DNA of 64,000 nt from an uncultured Chloroflexia bacterium (lineage in GTDB: Bacteria > Chloroflexota > Limnocylindria > Limnocylindrales > CSP1-4): the NCBI GenBank assembly GCA_963817745.1, contig CAWFPC010000006.1:261286-325285 (forward strand), given 5' to 3'. Positions 10,025 through 18,667 of the stretch are shown in pieces. Numbering within the stretch: position 1 is the stretch's first letter; the number at the start of each line of letters is the position of its first letter. The position numbers and the translations under genes were made by a program. The notes under the pieces were generated by a model that saw nothing but the letters and a program-made list of their open reading frames with translations, searched no databases and had not been told where the DNA came from.

Positions 10025-10423
10025 TCAGCGTCCCGTCGTGGTCGTCGACTTGCCGCTCGCCGTGGTGTTCTGGCGATCCATGAGCGTCAGACCCATCAGG
10101 GCCGCCGGGATGAGCGCCACGAGGACCAGCAGGCGATTCGCGCCGCCCACGAAGAGGCCGAGGGCGAAGCCGACGGTCACCAGCGTCCCGGCCGACAGCG
10201 TCTCGTCGGATCCGGACTGGATCGCGCGGTTGGCATCGGCCAGGGCATCGCGGGTCGTCGCGGCCGCTTCGGGCAGATGCGATACCGCGTCGCCCGCGGC
10301 CGCCATGACCGTACCGGCCATCTCGCGTGCGCTGTCGGCGGCGCCCGCGGCGCCCGTGTTGGCGGAACTGGCGGCTCGCGACGCGTCGCTCGAGGCGCCT
10401 TCGGATCGTGAGGTGGTGGTCAT
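10025..10423 (-). CDS. Hypothetical membrane protein (hydrophilic Ala-rich N-terminus, two C-terminal TM helices)
   Basis: ATG at 10423 lies 6 nt after AAGGGAG. C-terminus LSAGTLVTVGFALGLFVGGANRLLVLVALIPAALMGLTLM. Confidence 0.6.
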   Translation of the reverse strand: MTTTSRSEGASSDASRAASSANTGAAGAADSAREMAGTVMAAAGDAVSHLPEAAATTRDALADANRAIQSGSDETLSAGTLVTVGFALGLFVGGANRLLVLVALIPAALMGLTLMDRQNTTASGKSTTTTGR

Positions 10424-10472
10424 GACGTGCTCCCTTCGGTGATCGGTGACGGCATTCGGTCCAGAAAGGGCG

Positions 10473-10507
10473 ACGGACGGCCCGAGGAGGGGACTCGGAC
10501 CGTCCGT
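10473..10507. other. Strong hairpin in the long spacer upstream of the 10025-10423 gene
   Basis: ACGGACGG-c-CCGAG-gagggga-CTCGG-a-CCGTCCGT (8 + 5 bp stem). Confidence 0.5.
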
Positions 10508-10676
10508 GGCATCCCGGAGCGCCCCGTCACAAGCGCAGCCGGTGGATTGTTCGTGTTGTCGTCGCGCTGCGATCGGTCTGGGTCCGTCACTGTCGCGACA
10601 TCGCCACGGTAGGTCGCCGCAACGTGCAAGCCGCTCTCGCGAGCCGAGCTTGACATTGCAACTTCATAACGGAAGC

Positions 10677-10710
10677 GTGGCTCCCGGACCCCCAGTGGCT
10701 CGGGAGCCAC
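10677..10710. other. Hairpin with a C-rich loop in the same spacer, next to TTGACA motifs
   Basis: GTGGCTCCCG-gacccccagtggct-CGGGAGCCAC (10-bp perfect stem). It is preceded by a locally AT-richer stretch, cTTGACAttgcaacttcataacgg. Confidence 0.45.
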
Positions 10711-10838
10711 GGACTCCAGTGTCGCTTGACACGCGTCACGGTCGCCCCTCGCGCGATGGCGGGCGCGTTGCACGAGCGTCACGGAAGCTTGCCGTGGCCA
10801 CGTCGTCGTCGTCCCGCGCCCGCGGTTGCCCGAGCGAC

Positions 10839-11303
10839 TTACCGGGTGCTGGTCTGCTCGACCTCGCCACGCCACGAGCCGGTCGGCTCGCCCCGCAGCT
10901 CGATGAACGCCTTGAAGCGCTCGAGGTCCGCCGCGGCCTGTCGCTGTACGAACCCCAGCGCGTCCCCGGTCGACTCCACGACGCCCTCGGGCTCGACGTC
11001 GAGCTGGAGGGTCACCCGCGACCGCTGGTCGTCCAGGCGATGGAAGGTCACGACGCCGGCGTTGCGGGCGCCGTCGATCGACGTCCATGCGATCCGGTCG
11101 TCGGGCCGCTGCTCGGTGATCTCGGCGCGCCAGGTCTTCTGGACGCCGGCCACCTTGGCCGTCCATTCGAGGGTCGTGTCGTCGAGTTGGACGACCTTCT
11201 CGACGCCGTCCATGAACCGCGGGAATGTTTCGAACTGGGTCCATTGGTCGTATGCGGTCCGGACCGGGACCTCGACGTCGATCGCTTCGATGATCTGGGA
11301 CAT
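10839..11303 (-). CDS. SRPBCC-family protein (polyketide cyclase/dehydrase-like)
   Basis: Intact 154 aa: MSQIIEAIDVEVPVRTAYDQWTQFETFPRFMDGVEKV...WRAEITEQRPDDRIAWTS. Confidence 0.88.
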   Translation of the reverse strand: MSQIIEAIDVEVPVRTAYDQWTQFETFPRFMDGVEKVVQLDDTTLEWTAKVAGVQKTWRAEITEQRPDDRIAWTSIDGARNAGVVTFHRLDDQRSRVTLQLDVEPEGVVESTGDALGFVQRQAAADLERFKAFIELRGEPTGSWRGEVEQTSTR

Positions 11304-11397
11304 GGCGATTCCTCCGTGGCATGGAATGGACGAGGCCCACCGTTCGGTGGGCCTCGTCGGGGTCGGGGAGGTGCCGGGCGTTTCACCCGGCTGCGGA

Positions 11398-11676
11398 TCA
11401 GACCGGGCCGCTGCCCGTTCGCGTCCGGCTGGTCACGGCGCCGACCACGACGACCGCGATGACGGCGCCGATGGTCGCGACGACGATCGTCTCGATGTTG
11501 ATGCCCGTCGTCAGGTCCTGGTTGAGCAGGAGCCCGGCGAGGAAGCCGCCGACGAGCGCGCCGACGATGCCGAGCACGATGTGCCCGATGATGCCGAGGC
11601 CCTCGTCACCCTTGACGAGGAAACCGGCGAGATAGCCGGCGATGGCGCCGACGACGATCCAAGCGATGATGCTCAT
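11398..11676 (-). CDS. GlsB/YeaQ/YmgE-family stress-response membrane protein
   Basis: ATG at 11676 lies 6 nt after GGAGG. Reads MSIIAWIVVGAIAGYLAGFLVKGDEGLGIIGHIVLGIVGALVGGFL. Confidence 0.88.
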   Translation of the reverse strand: MSIIAWIVVGAIAGYLAGFLVKGDEGLGIIGHIVLGIVGALVGGFLAGLLLNQDLTTGINIETIVVATIGAVIAVVVVGAVTSRTRTGSGPV

Positions 11677-11911
11677 GCTGTTACCTCCATCCCCATTTGC
11701 GGGCCTTGCACCCGCCTGCTGGGGGTCTGCGTCCCCAAGTCGGGGCCTGGCCGTCACTGTCGGATGTCGAACCCGCCGGGCTGGCTACGACGACGGCCTG
11801 TCGCGTAACAACGGCATGAAGACGGCGCTCTCGCCGCGCTCGCCGGTCAGTCTGGTCCGGCGGTCCCGCCGCTGCCACCCCGGATCCCGGCCGCACCGTC
11901 CCCGGACACAC

Positions 11912-11944
11912 GGATGCCGGGCCTCACGGGGAGGCCCGGCATCC
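11912..11944 (-). terminator. Intrinsic-terminator-like hairpin after the tiny lipoprotein gene
   Basis: Perfect 14-bp stem GGATGCCGGGCCTC / GAGGCCCGGCATCC with a 5-nt loop, 15 nt beyond the stop at 11960-11962. Confidence 0.65.
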
Positions 11945-11959
11945 TGGCTGCGTGGGATG

Positions 11960-12127
11960 TCAGCTGGCGCTGGGCGAGGCAGCATCCGTGGACAGGCTCG
12001 GCGCGGCCGAGTCACTGGGCGCGGCCGAATCGACCGGCGACAGGGACGTGCCAGGCGAGCTGGCGGCCGGGGAGCAGGCGACGAGTGCGGCCCCGAGGGC
12101 GAGGATCAAGAGCAGGCGCTTCAGCAT
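11960..12127 (-). CDS. 55-aa putative lipoprotein (absent from the supplied ORF track)
   Basis: AGGAGG lies 6 nt upstream of the ATG at 12127. Reads MLKRLLLILALGAALVACSPAASSPGTSLSPVDSAAPSDSAAPSLSTDAASPSAS, i.e. a signal peptide plus lipobox-like LVAC, followed by a strong hairpin. Confidence 0.6.
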   Translation of the reverse strand: MLKRLLLILALGAALVACSPAASSPGTSLSPVDSAAPSDSAAPSLSTDAASPSAS

Positions 12128-12406
12128 TGGGTACCTCCTGGGGTTGGTGGCGCGACGGCGTGGCCGGCGCCTGTCGGCCGCGTCCGGGCCGACGTCCCCG
12201 AACCTACGTGCGTCGGCCGCATCGGCAGCGCAACGCGCACGCCGAGGTCGGCTTGCAGGAGGCTCTCAGCCCGCGTCGCGGCTCGTTGTCATGCGCGCGT
12301 GATGCGCGGAGCAGCGCCGCTCGTATGGACGGCATGGGCGTCGCCGCACGATCGGCCCGATACGTCCGGGGTTTCGACGTCGCTGGCAAACACGAGGTCC
12401 CTATCG

Positions 12407-12556
12407 ATGCTGCACGAGACCGTCGCACCCGCGACCGCGGTCCACGACCTGACGGACACCGCGGCGCCGTCCGACGATCGCGCGATGCTGGCCCTCCAGT
12501 ACGCCGTCGCGCTCATCGCGGTCATCGGCGCCATCCTGCTCGCGTCCGTCCGCTGA
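12407..12556 (+). CDS. Hypothetical 49-aa protein with a C-terminal TM helix
   Basis: MLHETVAPATAVHDLTDTAAPSDDRAMLALQYAVALIAVIGAILLASVR. There is no good RBS. It lies in the same frame as corA, separated by one TGA. Confidence 0.25.
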   Translation: MLHETVAPATAVHDLTDTAAPSDDRAMLALQYAVALIAVIGAILLASVR

Positions 12557-12577
12557 CCGACTCTTCGCGGGCTCGAT

Positions 12578-13541
12578 CTGCAGGGGCGCCTGTTCGACGC
12601 GGACGGTCGCGATCGCGCCATCGCCGTGACCGCCGACCTGCTCGCGGGCCTCGGCGAGCGGCAGCTCCTCTGGATCGATCTCGAGCGCTCGGACACGGCC
12701 GGTATCCAGCGCCTCGCCGAACTGCTCGACCTCGACCCGCAGGACGTCGCCCACCTCGAGAACGACCGCGGGCGGGCCCGCCTGGCGCGATCCGCGAAGC
12801 GGCTGCACCTCACCCTCGAGACGCTGGAGCCGGAGGCGAGCGACCCCGCCAGGTTCGTCCGCCGCGAGATCGACCTGCTGGCGCGGCGCGGGCGTCGTGG
12901 TCAGCGTCCATGACGGCGAGGTCGGGGCGCTTCGCCGTTTCGATGACGGCTTCGATGGCGATTCGAACCTTGGCGAGCTCGACGCCGCCGGCCTGCTCTC
13001 GTCCCTCGTCGACGAGGTGATCACCGACTACTTCCAGGTCGCCGAAGCGATCGACCGCGAGATCGACGAGCTCGACCAGCGCGCGCTGCGCGGCATCGGC
13101 GGCGACGACGTGCTCGCCGCCATCGTGTCGCTGCGCCGCCGGATCAGCCTCGTGCGCCGCACCCTGACGCCCCATCGCGACGTCCTGGCGGCACTCGCCC
13201 GACCCGAGATGGAGGTCGAGGCGACCATCGGTCGCCCGTGGGTCGGTCTCGGCGATCGACTCCACGGCGCGATCGACGCCGTCGAATCCCTGCGCGATGC
13301 GCTGCTCGGGACCTACGACATCTACATGGGGCGGGTCGCGCACCACGCCAACAGCGTCATGAAGACCCTGACGCTGCTGTCGGCGGTCCTCCTGCCGGCC
13401 GTCGTCCTGGCGGGCGTGATGGGGATGAACTTCCAGATCCCGTTCTTCGACGACACGAACAACTTCTTCATCGTCCTGGCCGGGATGGGCGGCCTGGCGG
13501 TGCTCATCCTCGCGGTCGGGCGATGGCGCCGCTGGCTGTGA
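12578..13541 (+). pseudogene. corA: CorA-family Mg2+/Co2+ transporter, one apparent frameshift. The start is uncertain.
   Basis: N-terminus ...GRLFDADGRDRAIAV...LLWIDLE. A frame change at ~12884 leads to VVVSVHDGEV. C-terminus MKTLTLLSAVLLPAVVLAGVMGMNF (GMN motif) plus a second TM helix. CTG at 12578 is the only nearby start-like codon. Confidence 0.85.
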
Positions 13542-13552
13542 CCGCGAGCCGG

Positions 13553-15104
13553 TCAGTCGTCGGCCATGATCCGTAGCGCGAACCCGAACTCGGACCCGCC
13601 GGCGGGGCGCGGCATGGCCCAGATCCGGCCACCCATCGCCCGCACCAGCCGCGCGCAGACGAACAGCCCGATCCCGGCACCCGCGGTGGTCGTGGCGGTG
13701 TCGCGGCGAGCGGTAGAACAGCTCGAAGAGGCGACTGACCTCGCCCGGCTGGATCCCGGGCCCGTCGTCGAGGATGCGCACCTCCACCTCGTCCTCGGTC
13801 CGCTCGACGACGATCTCGACGAGCGAGCCCGACCCGCCGTACTTGGCCGCATTCGAGAGCAGGTTGCGCACGACCTGCTCGACATAGGTCGGGTCGGCGG
13901 CCACCGTCGGCAGGCCGGGCGGGATCACCAGCGTGAACATGACCCCCGGCCAGCGGGTCTCCTCCGACCCGACGACCATCGGCACGATCCGCTGCAGCAA
14001 CACCGGCTCGTCCGCGAGCTCGCCGCCATCCTCGCCGAATCGGTTGAGGGCGACGACATCCTCGACCAGGCGCTGGAGGCGCTCCGCCTCGGCCGCGATG
14101 TCGGCGAAGATGCTGCGCCGGGTCGCCTCGTCGAGCGTGGCGCTCTCGCGTCCCAGCAGCTTGGCGCCGCCGTAGATCGTCGTGATCGGGGTGCGCAGCT
14201 CGTGCGAGAGCACCCCGATGAACGTCTCGCGAACGGCCTCACGCTGGCGGGCCTCGGTGACGTCGCGCAGGACGACGATCGTCTCCATGTGACCGCCGGA
14301 CGGGCCATCCTCCCGATCCGTGCCGACCGGATAGGTCGCGACCTCGACCCAGCGCTCGCGATCGCGGCGGGTGGGGAGTACGACCGGACCGTCGTGGTGG
14401 CCGAGCCTGGGCGCCGCATGGTCCGGGTCGTCCAGCTCCTGCAGGATGTCGTCGTAGGTCCGTTCCACGACCTCGGGGAACATGTCCCTCGCAGCCGGGT
14501 TCGCAAGCGTGATGTCGCCGACGTCGTTGCACACCACGACGCCGTCGCCCATGGCGCGGATGACCGCCTTGAGCTCGGCGACCCGCGCATGTTCGGCGTC
14601 TGCCAGTCGACGAAGCCGGTGCTGGGCATCGACGCGCTCGCGGATGTCGCGGGCGATCGCGACGAGTCCAGGCGGCTCGCCGGGCAGCTCGATGCGCTGC
14701 AGGAGGACCTCGACGGGCACCTCGGCACCGGACGGCTGCCGCACCGTCAGCCCGATCGTGCGAGCCTCGAGCCGGCCGTCGACCACGGGATGCATCACCC
14801 GTCTGATGTCGGCCGCGTCGAAGCCGGTGACGAATGACCCGATGGGTTGGCCGACGATCGCCTCGCGTGGCGCCCCGAGCAGGTGGGTGGCGCCGCGCGT
14901 CGCGTCGCGGATCCGGCCGTCGTCGGGATCGAGCACGAGCACGCCCTCGGCGACCTCGTCCAGGATCCGCCGGAACCGATCGGCCGACCGGGTCTCCGGC
15001 ACGTCCTCGTCGGCGACGAGCCGCGGGACGCGGGCCGGCTCCGTCGGCGTCAGCGGGCTGGCATGCTCAGGGACGTGGGACACGTGGCCTCGATCGCGCG
15101 TCAT
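13553..15104 (-). pseudogene. Cytoplasmic PAS-PAS sensor histidine kinase, one apparent frameshift
   Basis: Two PAS-like modules (FRRILDEVAEGVLVLD..., LKAVIRAMGDGVVVCN...). H-box LSHELRTPITTIYGG, N-box VVRNLLSNAAKYG. A frame change at ~13704 leads to TTAGAGIGLFVCARLVRAMGGRIWA and a stop at 13553. Confidence 0.85.
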
Positions 15105-15240
15105 CGCGCCGTGCAGGTATCAGCGTCCCAAAACACAGCGACCGGCGACTTGCGCCGGCAGCGCGAGTGCACCACGCCCGCCATTGCGACGCATGCGCCG
15201 GTTCCGTTTCGTGCGTTGCAGCCGCGTGTCAAACCCGCAG

Positions 15241-16368
15241 TCAGGGGTTCGCGTTCGCCGCGTCGGGCAGGGACCGCTCGTAGGTGTCGGCGACGTCGTC
15301 GTCGGGCGTCTCGATGGCTGCGGGATCCTGCGCGACCGGCGTTTCGCGTGCCTGCAGCCGGCTCAGGCCGATCTCGACGACCGCCGCGATCGGGACGGCG
15401 AGGAGCGCGCCGACGAGACCGCCCACCGCCGCTCCGATGAGCAGGCTCATGAGGACCAGCAGCGGGGAGATGCCGACGGTGTTGCGCATCACGAGCGGGA
15501 CGAGGACGCTGCCCTCGATGAACTGCAGGGCGACGTAGACCAGGGCCACGACCACCGCGAGCTCGGGCGACACCGTAGCGGCGACGAGGATCGCCGGGAT
15601 GGCGCCGAGCAACGGCCCCACGATCGGGATCGCCTCGGTGATGGCCGCGGTGAGCCCGAGCAGCAGCGCCCCGGGGAGCCCGAGCAGGAAGTACGCGGTG
15701 CCCGTCGCCACGCCCATCGCGGTCATCAGGATCAGCTGGCCGCGGACCCACAGGCCGAGCCGGGTCTCCATCTCGTTCCACGCGTCGCGTGCCCCGGCGC
15801 GGCGGGCGGCGGGCAGGAACGCGAGCACGTAGCGCTGGAGCCGCGCGTGCTCGACGAGCCAGAAGAACACGATCGTGAGCAGCGTCGCGAAGGCGACCGC
15901 CGCCTCGGCGACCGCGGTGCCGACCTCGATCACCTCCTCGGGATCGGGCGGCGGGGCGGGTTCGAAGATGCCGGCCAGCGAGTCGATGAGGGCCGTGACG
16001 GAGCTTGAGAGCGCATTCGGACGGAGGTCGGCCGCCCACGCGCGCGCCTGATCGAAGAAGGCCGGCAGGGCCGCGATGATGTCCTGCGCCTGGGCGATGG
16101 CGGCCGGCAGCACCACGAAGGCGAGGCCGACCATGGTCACGAAGAAGGTCGCGTAGACCAGCACGATCGTGAGGCCGCGCCCGAGCGGGACGTGCTCGCG
16201 GATCGCCCCGACCATCGGCTCGAGCGCAGACGCCAGCAGGACGGCGACGAAGAAGAGGATCAGCACCCCGCCGGCCGCGATCCCCAGGCCGACGAGGCCG
16301 ATGACGATGAGGGCGCCAAGGGTCAGCCCCATGCCCCGGGTGGCCCACGGTGTGATCTCGGACCGCAT
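15241..16368 (-). CDS. AI-2E family transporter (PerM/UPF0118)
   Basis: Intact 375-aa polytopic ORF. ATG at 16368 follows AGGAGA. Typical C-terminal region LTEAIPIVGPLLGAIPAILVA...FIEGSVLVPLVM. Confidence 0.9.
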   Translation of the reverse strand: MRSEITPWATRGMGLTLGALIVIGLVGLGIAAGGVLILFFVAVLLASALEPMVGAIREHVPLGRGLTIVLVYATFFVTMVGLAFVVLPAAIAQAQDIIAALPAFFDQARAWAADLRPNALSSSVTALIDSLAGIFEPAPPPDPEEVIEVGTAVAEAAVAFATLLTIVFFWLVEHARLQRYVLAFLPAARRAGARDAWNEMETRLGLWVRGQLILMTAMGVATGTAYFLLGLPGALLLGLTAAITEAIPIVGPLLGAIPAILVAATVSPELAVVVALVYVALQFIEGSVLVPLVMRNTVGISPLLVLMSLLIGAAVGGLVGALLAVPIAAVVEIGLSRLQARETPVAQDPAAIETPDDDVADTYERSLPDAANANP

Positions 16369-16577
16369 GACGCCTCATCTCCTGGTCGCTTCTGGGTGCG
16401 CACGAGGGTTCGGGCACACGGTCCCGACGCCACGGACCGGCGACGCGATCGTCGGGGCGCGGGCATCAACCGGCGGCGACGACGCGCGGTCCCCGGCTTG
16501 CACGTGCATCGCAACGGCGGCCGAGGCAACGGCACGGCCCGAGCCGCTAGGATGGCCGCCTCGCCAGGAGGGACTCG

Positions 16578-17249
16578 ATGCCGGACACGGAGCGCAACGC
16601 CGACGACACGGAGCGCAGCGCCGACACGGGCTCGATCGTCGTCGGTGGGACAGGTCGGGTCGCGGTCGAGCCGGATGTCGCCGAGTTGCGGCTGGGGGTG
16701 TCGATCGCCCGGCCGACCGTCGATGCGGCGCGAACGCAGGCCGCGACCACGATGGACGCCATCCTCGCCGCGGTCGACGCCGCCGGCGTGGCCCGCCGGG
16801 ACGTCCGGACCACGCTCCTCTCGGTCCAGCCGCGCTACGACTACCGCGATGGACAGCCGCCGGCGTTGACCGGCTACGAGCTCGCCAACGTCGTGGAGGT
16901 CACGGTCCGCGAACTCGCCCGGCTCGGCGCGGTGGTGGACGGCACGCTGGCGGCCGGCGCCACGAGCATGGACAGCCTCTCCTTCCGGGTCGCCGATCCC
17001 GCCCCGGCCGAGCGCGACGCCAGGATCGCCGCGATGGCCGCGGCACGTGCCCGCGCGGACGTCCTCGCCGAGGCAGCCGGGCTGACCATCGTCGGCGTCT
17101 CGGACATCGTCGAGGGTGTCGCGGTCGCCCCGCCGGGTCCGCGCTACAAGGCCGACCGGATGCTGGCCGCGGCCGAGGCCGCCACCCCGGTCCAGGCCGG
17201 CACGACCGAGATCGCCGTCACGGTCACCGTCACCTACCGCGCTCGCTGA
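16578..17249 (+). CDS. SIMPL-domain (DUF541) protein
   Basis: AGGAGGG RBS. Reads GTGRVAVEPDVAELRLGVS...GYELANVVEVTVREL...AGTTEIAVTVTVTY. Confidence 0.88.
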   Translation: MPDTERNADDTERSADTGSIVVGGTGRVAVEPDVAELRLGVSIARPTVDAARTQAATTMDAILAAVDAAGVARRDVRTTLLSVQPRYDYRDGQPPALTGYELANVVEVTVRELARLGAVVDGTLAAGATSMDSLSFRVADPAPAERDARIAAMAAARARADVLAEAAGLTIVGVSDIVEGVAVAPPGPRYKADRMLAAAEAATPVQAGTTEIAVTVTVTYRAR

Positions 17250-17289
17250 CCCGCGACGCCGTCTCGCCGGTCGAGCCGGAGACGCGGGC

Positions 17290-18579
17290 TCAGTCGGTCG
17301 CGACGATGCGCAGCACGTCACCCGACGACAGATCGGTGGCCAGCAATTCACCGGCGCCATCCTCGGCGATCGCGCTGATCGATCGACCTGAAATCGAGGG
17401 CCACGATGGGCTCCTGCGTGCCGTCGAGCGCTCGGATCCAGCACCCAGAACCGGCCCGAGCAGTAATCCGCGAAGACATACCAGCCCGCGAGCGCCGGCT
17501 GCGCGTCGCCGCGGTAGACGTTCCCGCCGGTCACGGAGCAGCCCTCGCCGTGGTCGTACTCCGCGACCGGTTCCGTGAGGCCCTCGGTGTCGCAGGTCGC
17601 GTCGCGGAAGCAGTGGAAGCCCTCCGTCACGTTCCAGCCGTAGTCGAGGCCGCCGATCCCGGCCCTGGCGACGTCGATCTCCTCCCATTCGCCCTGCCCC
17701 ACATCGCCGATCCAGAGATCGCCCGTGCCGCGGTCGAAGCGGATCCGCCACGGGTTGCGCAGGCCGGTGAGCCAGATCTCCGGGCGCGCCCCATCGACGC
17801 CGACGAAGGGGTTGTCCGCCGGGATGCCGTACGGCGTATCCGTCCCGCTCGCGTCGATGTCGATGCGCAGGACCTTCGCCAGCAGGGTGCCCGAGATCCC
17901 GACCGGAGCCCAGCGGATCGCCGGCACCGCCGCCGTCGCCGGTCGCGATGTGGAGATAGCCGTCCGGCCCGAAGGCCAGGCCGCCGCCGTTGTGATTGCC
18001 GAACTCGTCGGCCATGCGCAGGAGGACCGTCTCCTCGCCCGGTGACGCGGCGGCCGCGGCGGCCCCGGTCTCGAACGACGACACGACCTGGGAACCGTCG
18101 AGTGCGGTGTAGTACACGAACATGCGGCCGTCGGCCGGGTCGGGATGGAAGGCGAGACCCAGGAGTCCGCGTTCGCCACCGGCCGACACGCGCTCGGCGA
18201 TATCGAGCAACGGCTCGGGGTCGAGGGCGCCGTCACGGATCCGGCGCACGCGTCCGACCTGTTCGACGACGTAGGTCTCGGTCGGGTCGGCCGGCCGGAC
18301 GGCGACGTCGAGCGGACCGTCGAGCCCGCTCGCCACGACCTCGAGGTCGAGCGTCGGCGGCGGGCCGAGCGCGCCGCCAGTCGGTGCGGTCGTCGCCTGG
18401 CCGACGGTCGGGGATGCCGCGGGCGTGCCCGTCGCAGCCGGCGCGGTGGGCGGCGGCGACCCCGTTGCAGCGGCGTCGGATGGCGGGGTGGACGAGGTGT
18501 CGCCACAAGCCGTACAGACGACCGCGAGGGCCATGGTCAGCGCAAGGGCGACGCTCGGGCGTCGCGGCATGGTGCGCAT
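17290..18579 (-). pseudogene. PQQ-dependent sugar (sorbosone/glucose-type) dehydrogenase with a signal/lipoprotein-like leader, about three apparent frameshifts
   Basis: Leader MRTMPRRPSVALALTMALAVVCTACG. Motifs GLLGLAFHPD and HNGGGLAFGPDGYLHIATGDGG. A frame change at the CCC run 17890-17892 leads to LLAKVLRIDID...GLRNPWRIRFD...GGLDYGWN. Further changes at ~17430 and ~17391 lead to SISAIAEDGAGELLATDLSSGDVLRIV. Confidence 0.85.
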
Positions 18580-18667
18580 GCTAGCCGGGAAGCCGCGGAC
18601 CGGCCGTGGCAGGGACGGCGACGCCCGCGCCCATGCCGGCTGCTACGCTCACGCCGGGAGGAGCCTC

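Noticed and set aside
12554-12556. In-frame TGA between the 49-aa TM ORF and corA as selenocysteine or programmed read-through.
   Set aside because: No SECIS-like hairpin follows. A TM helix fused to the cytoplasmic N-domain of CorA makes no topological sense. The same-frame arrangement is most likely coincidence.
12955-12975. TTCGAA-containing stretches checked as possible tRNA T-arms (also ~39881-39905 and ~52512-52520).
   Set aside because: They lie inside coding sequence or a low-complexity tail, and no acceptor or anticodon stems can be drawn. I found no tRNA, rRNA, tmRNA or RNase P-like consensus anywhere.
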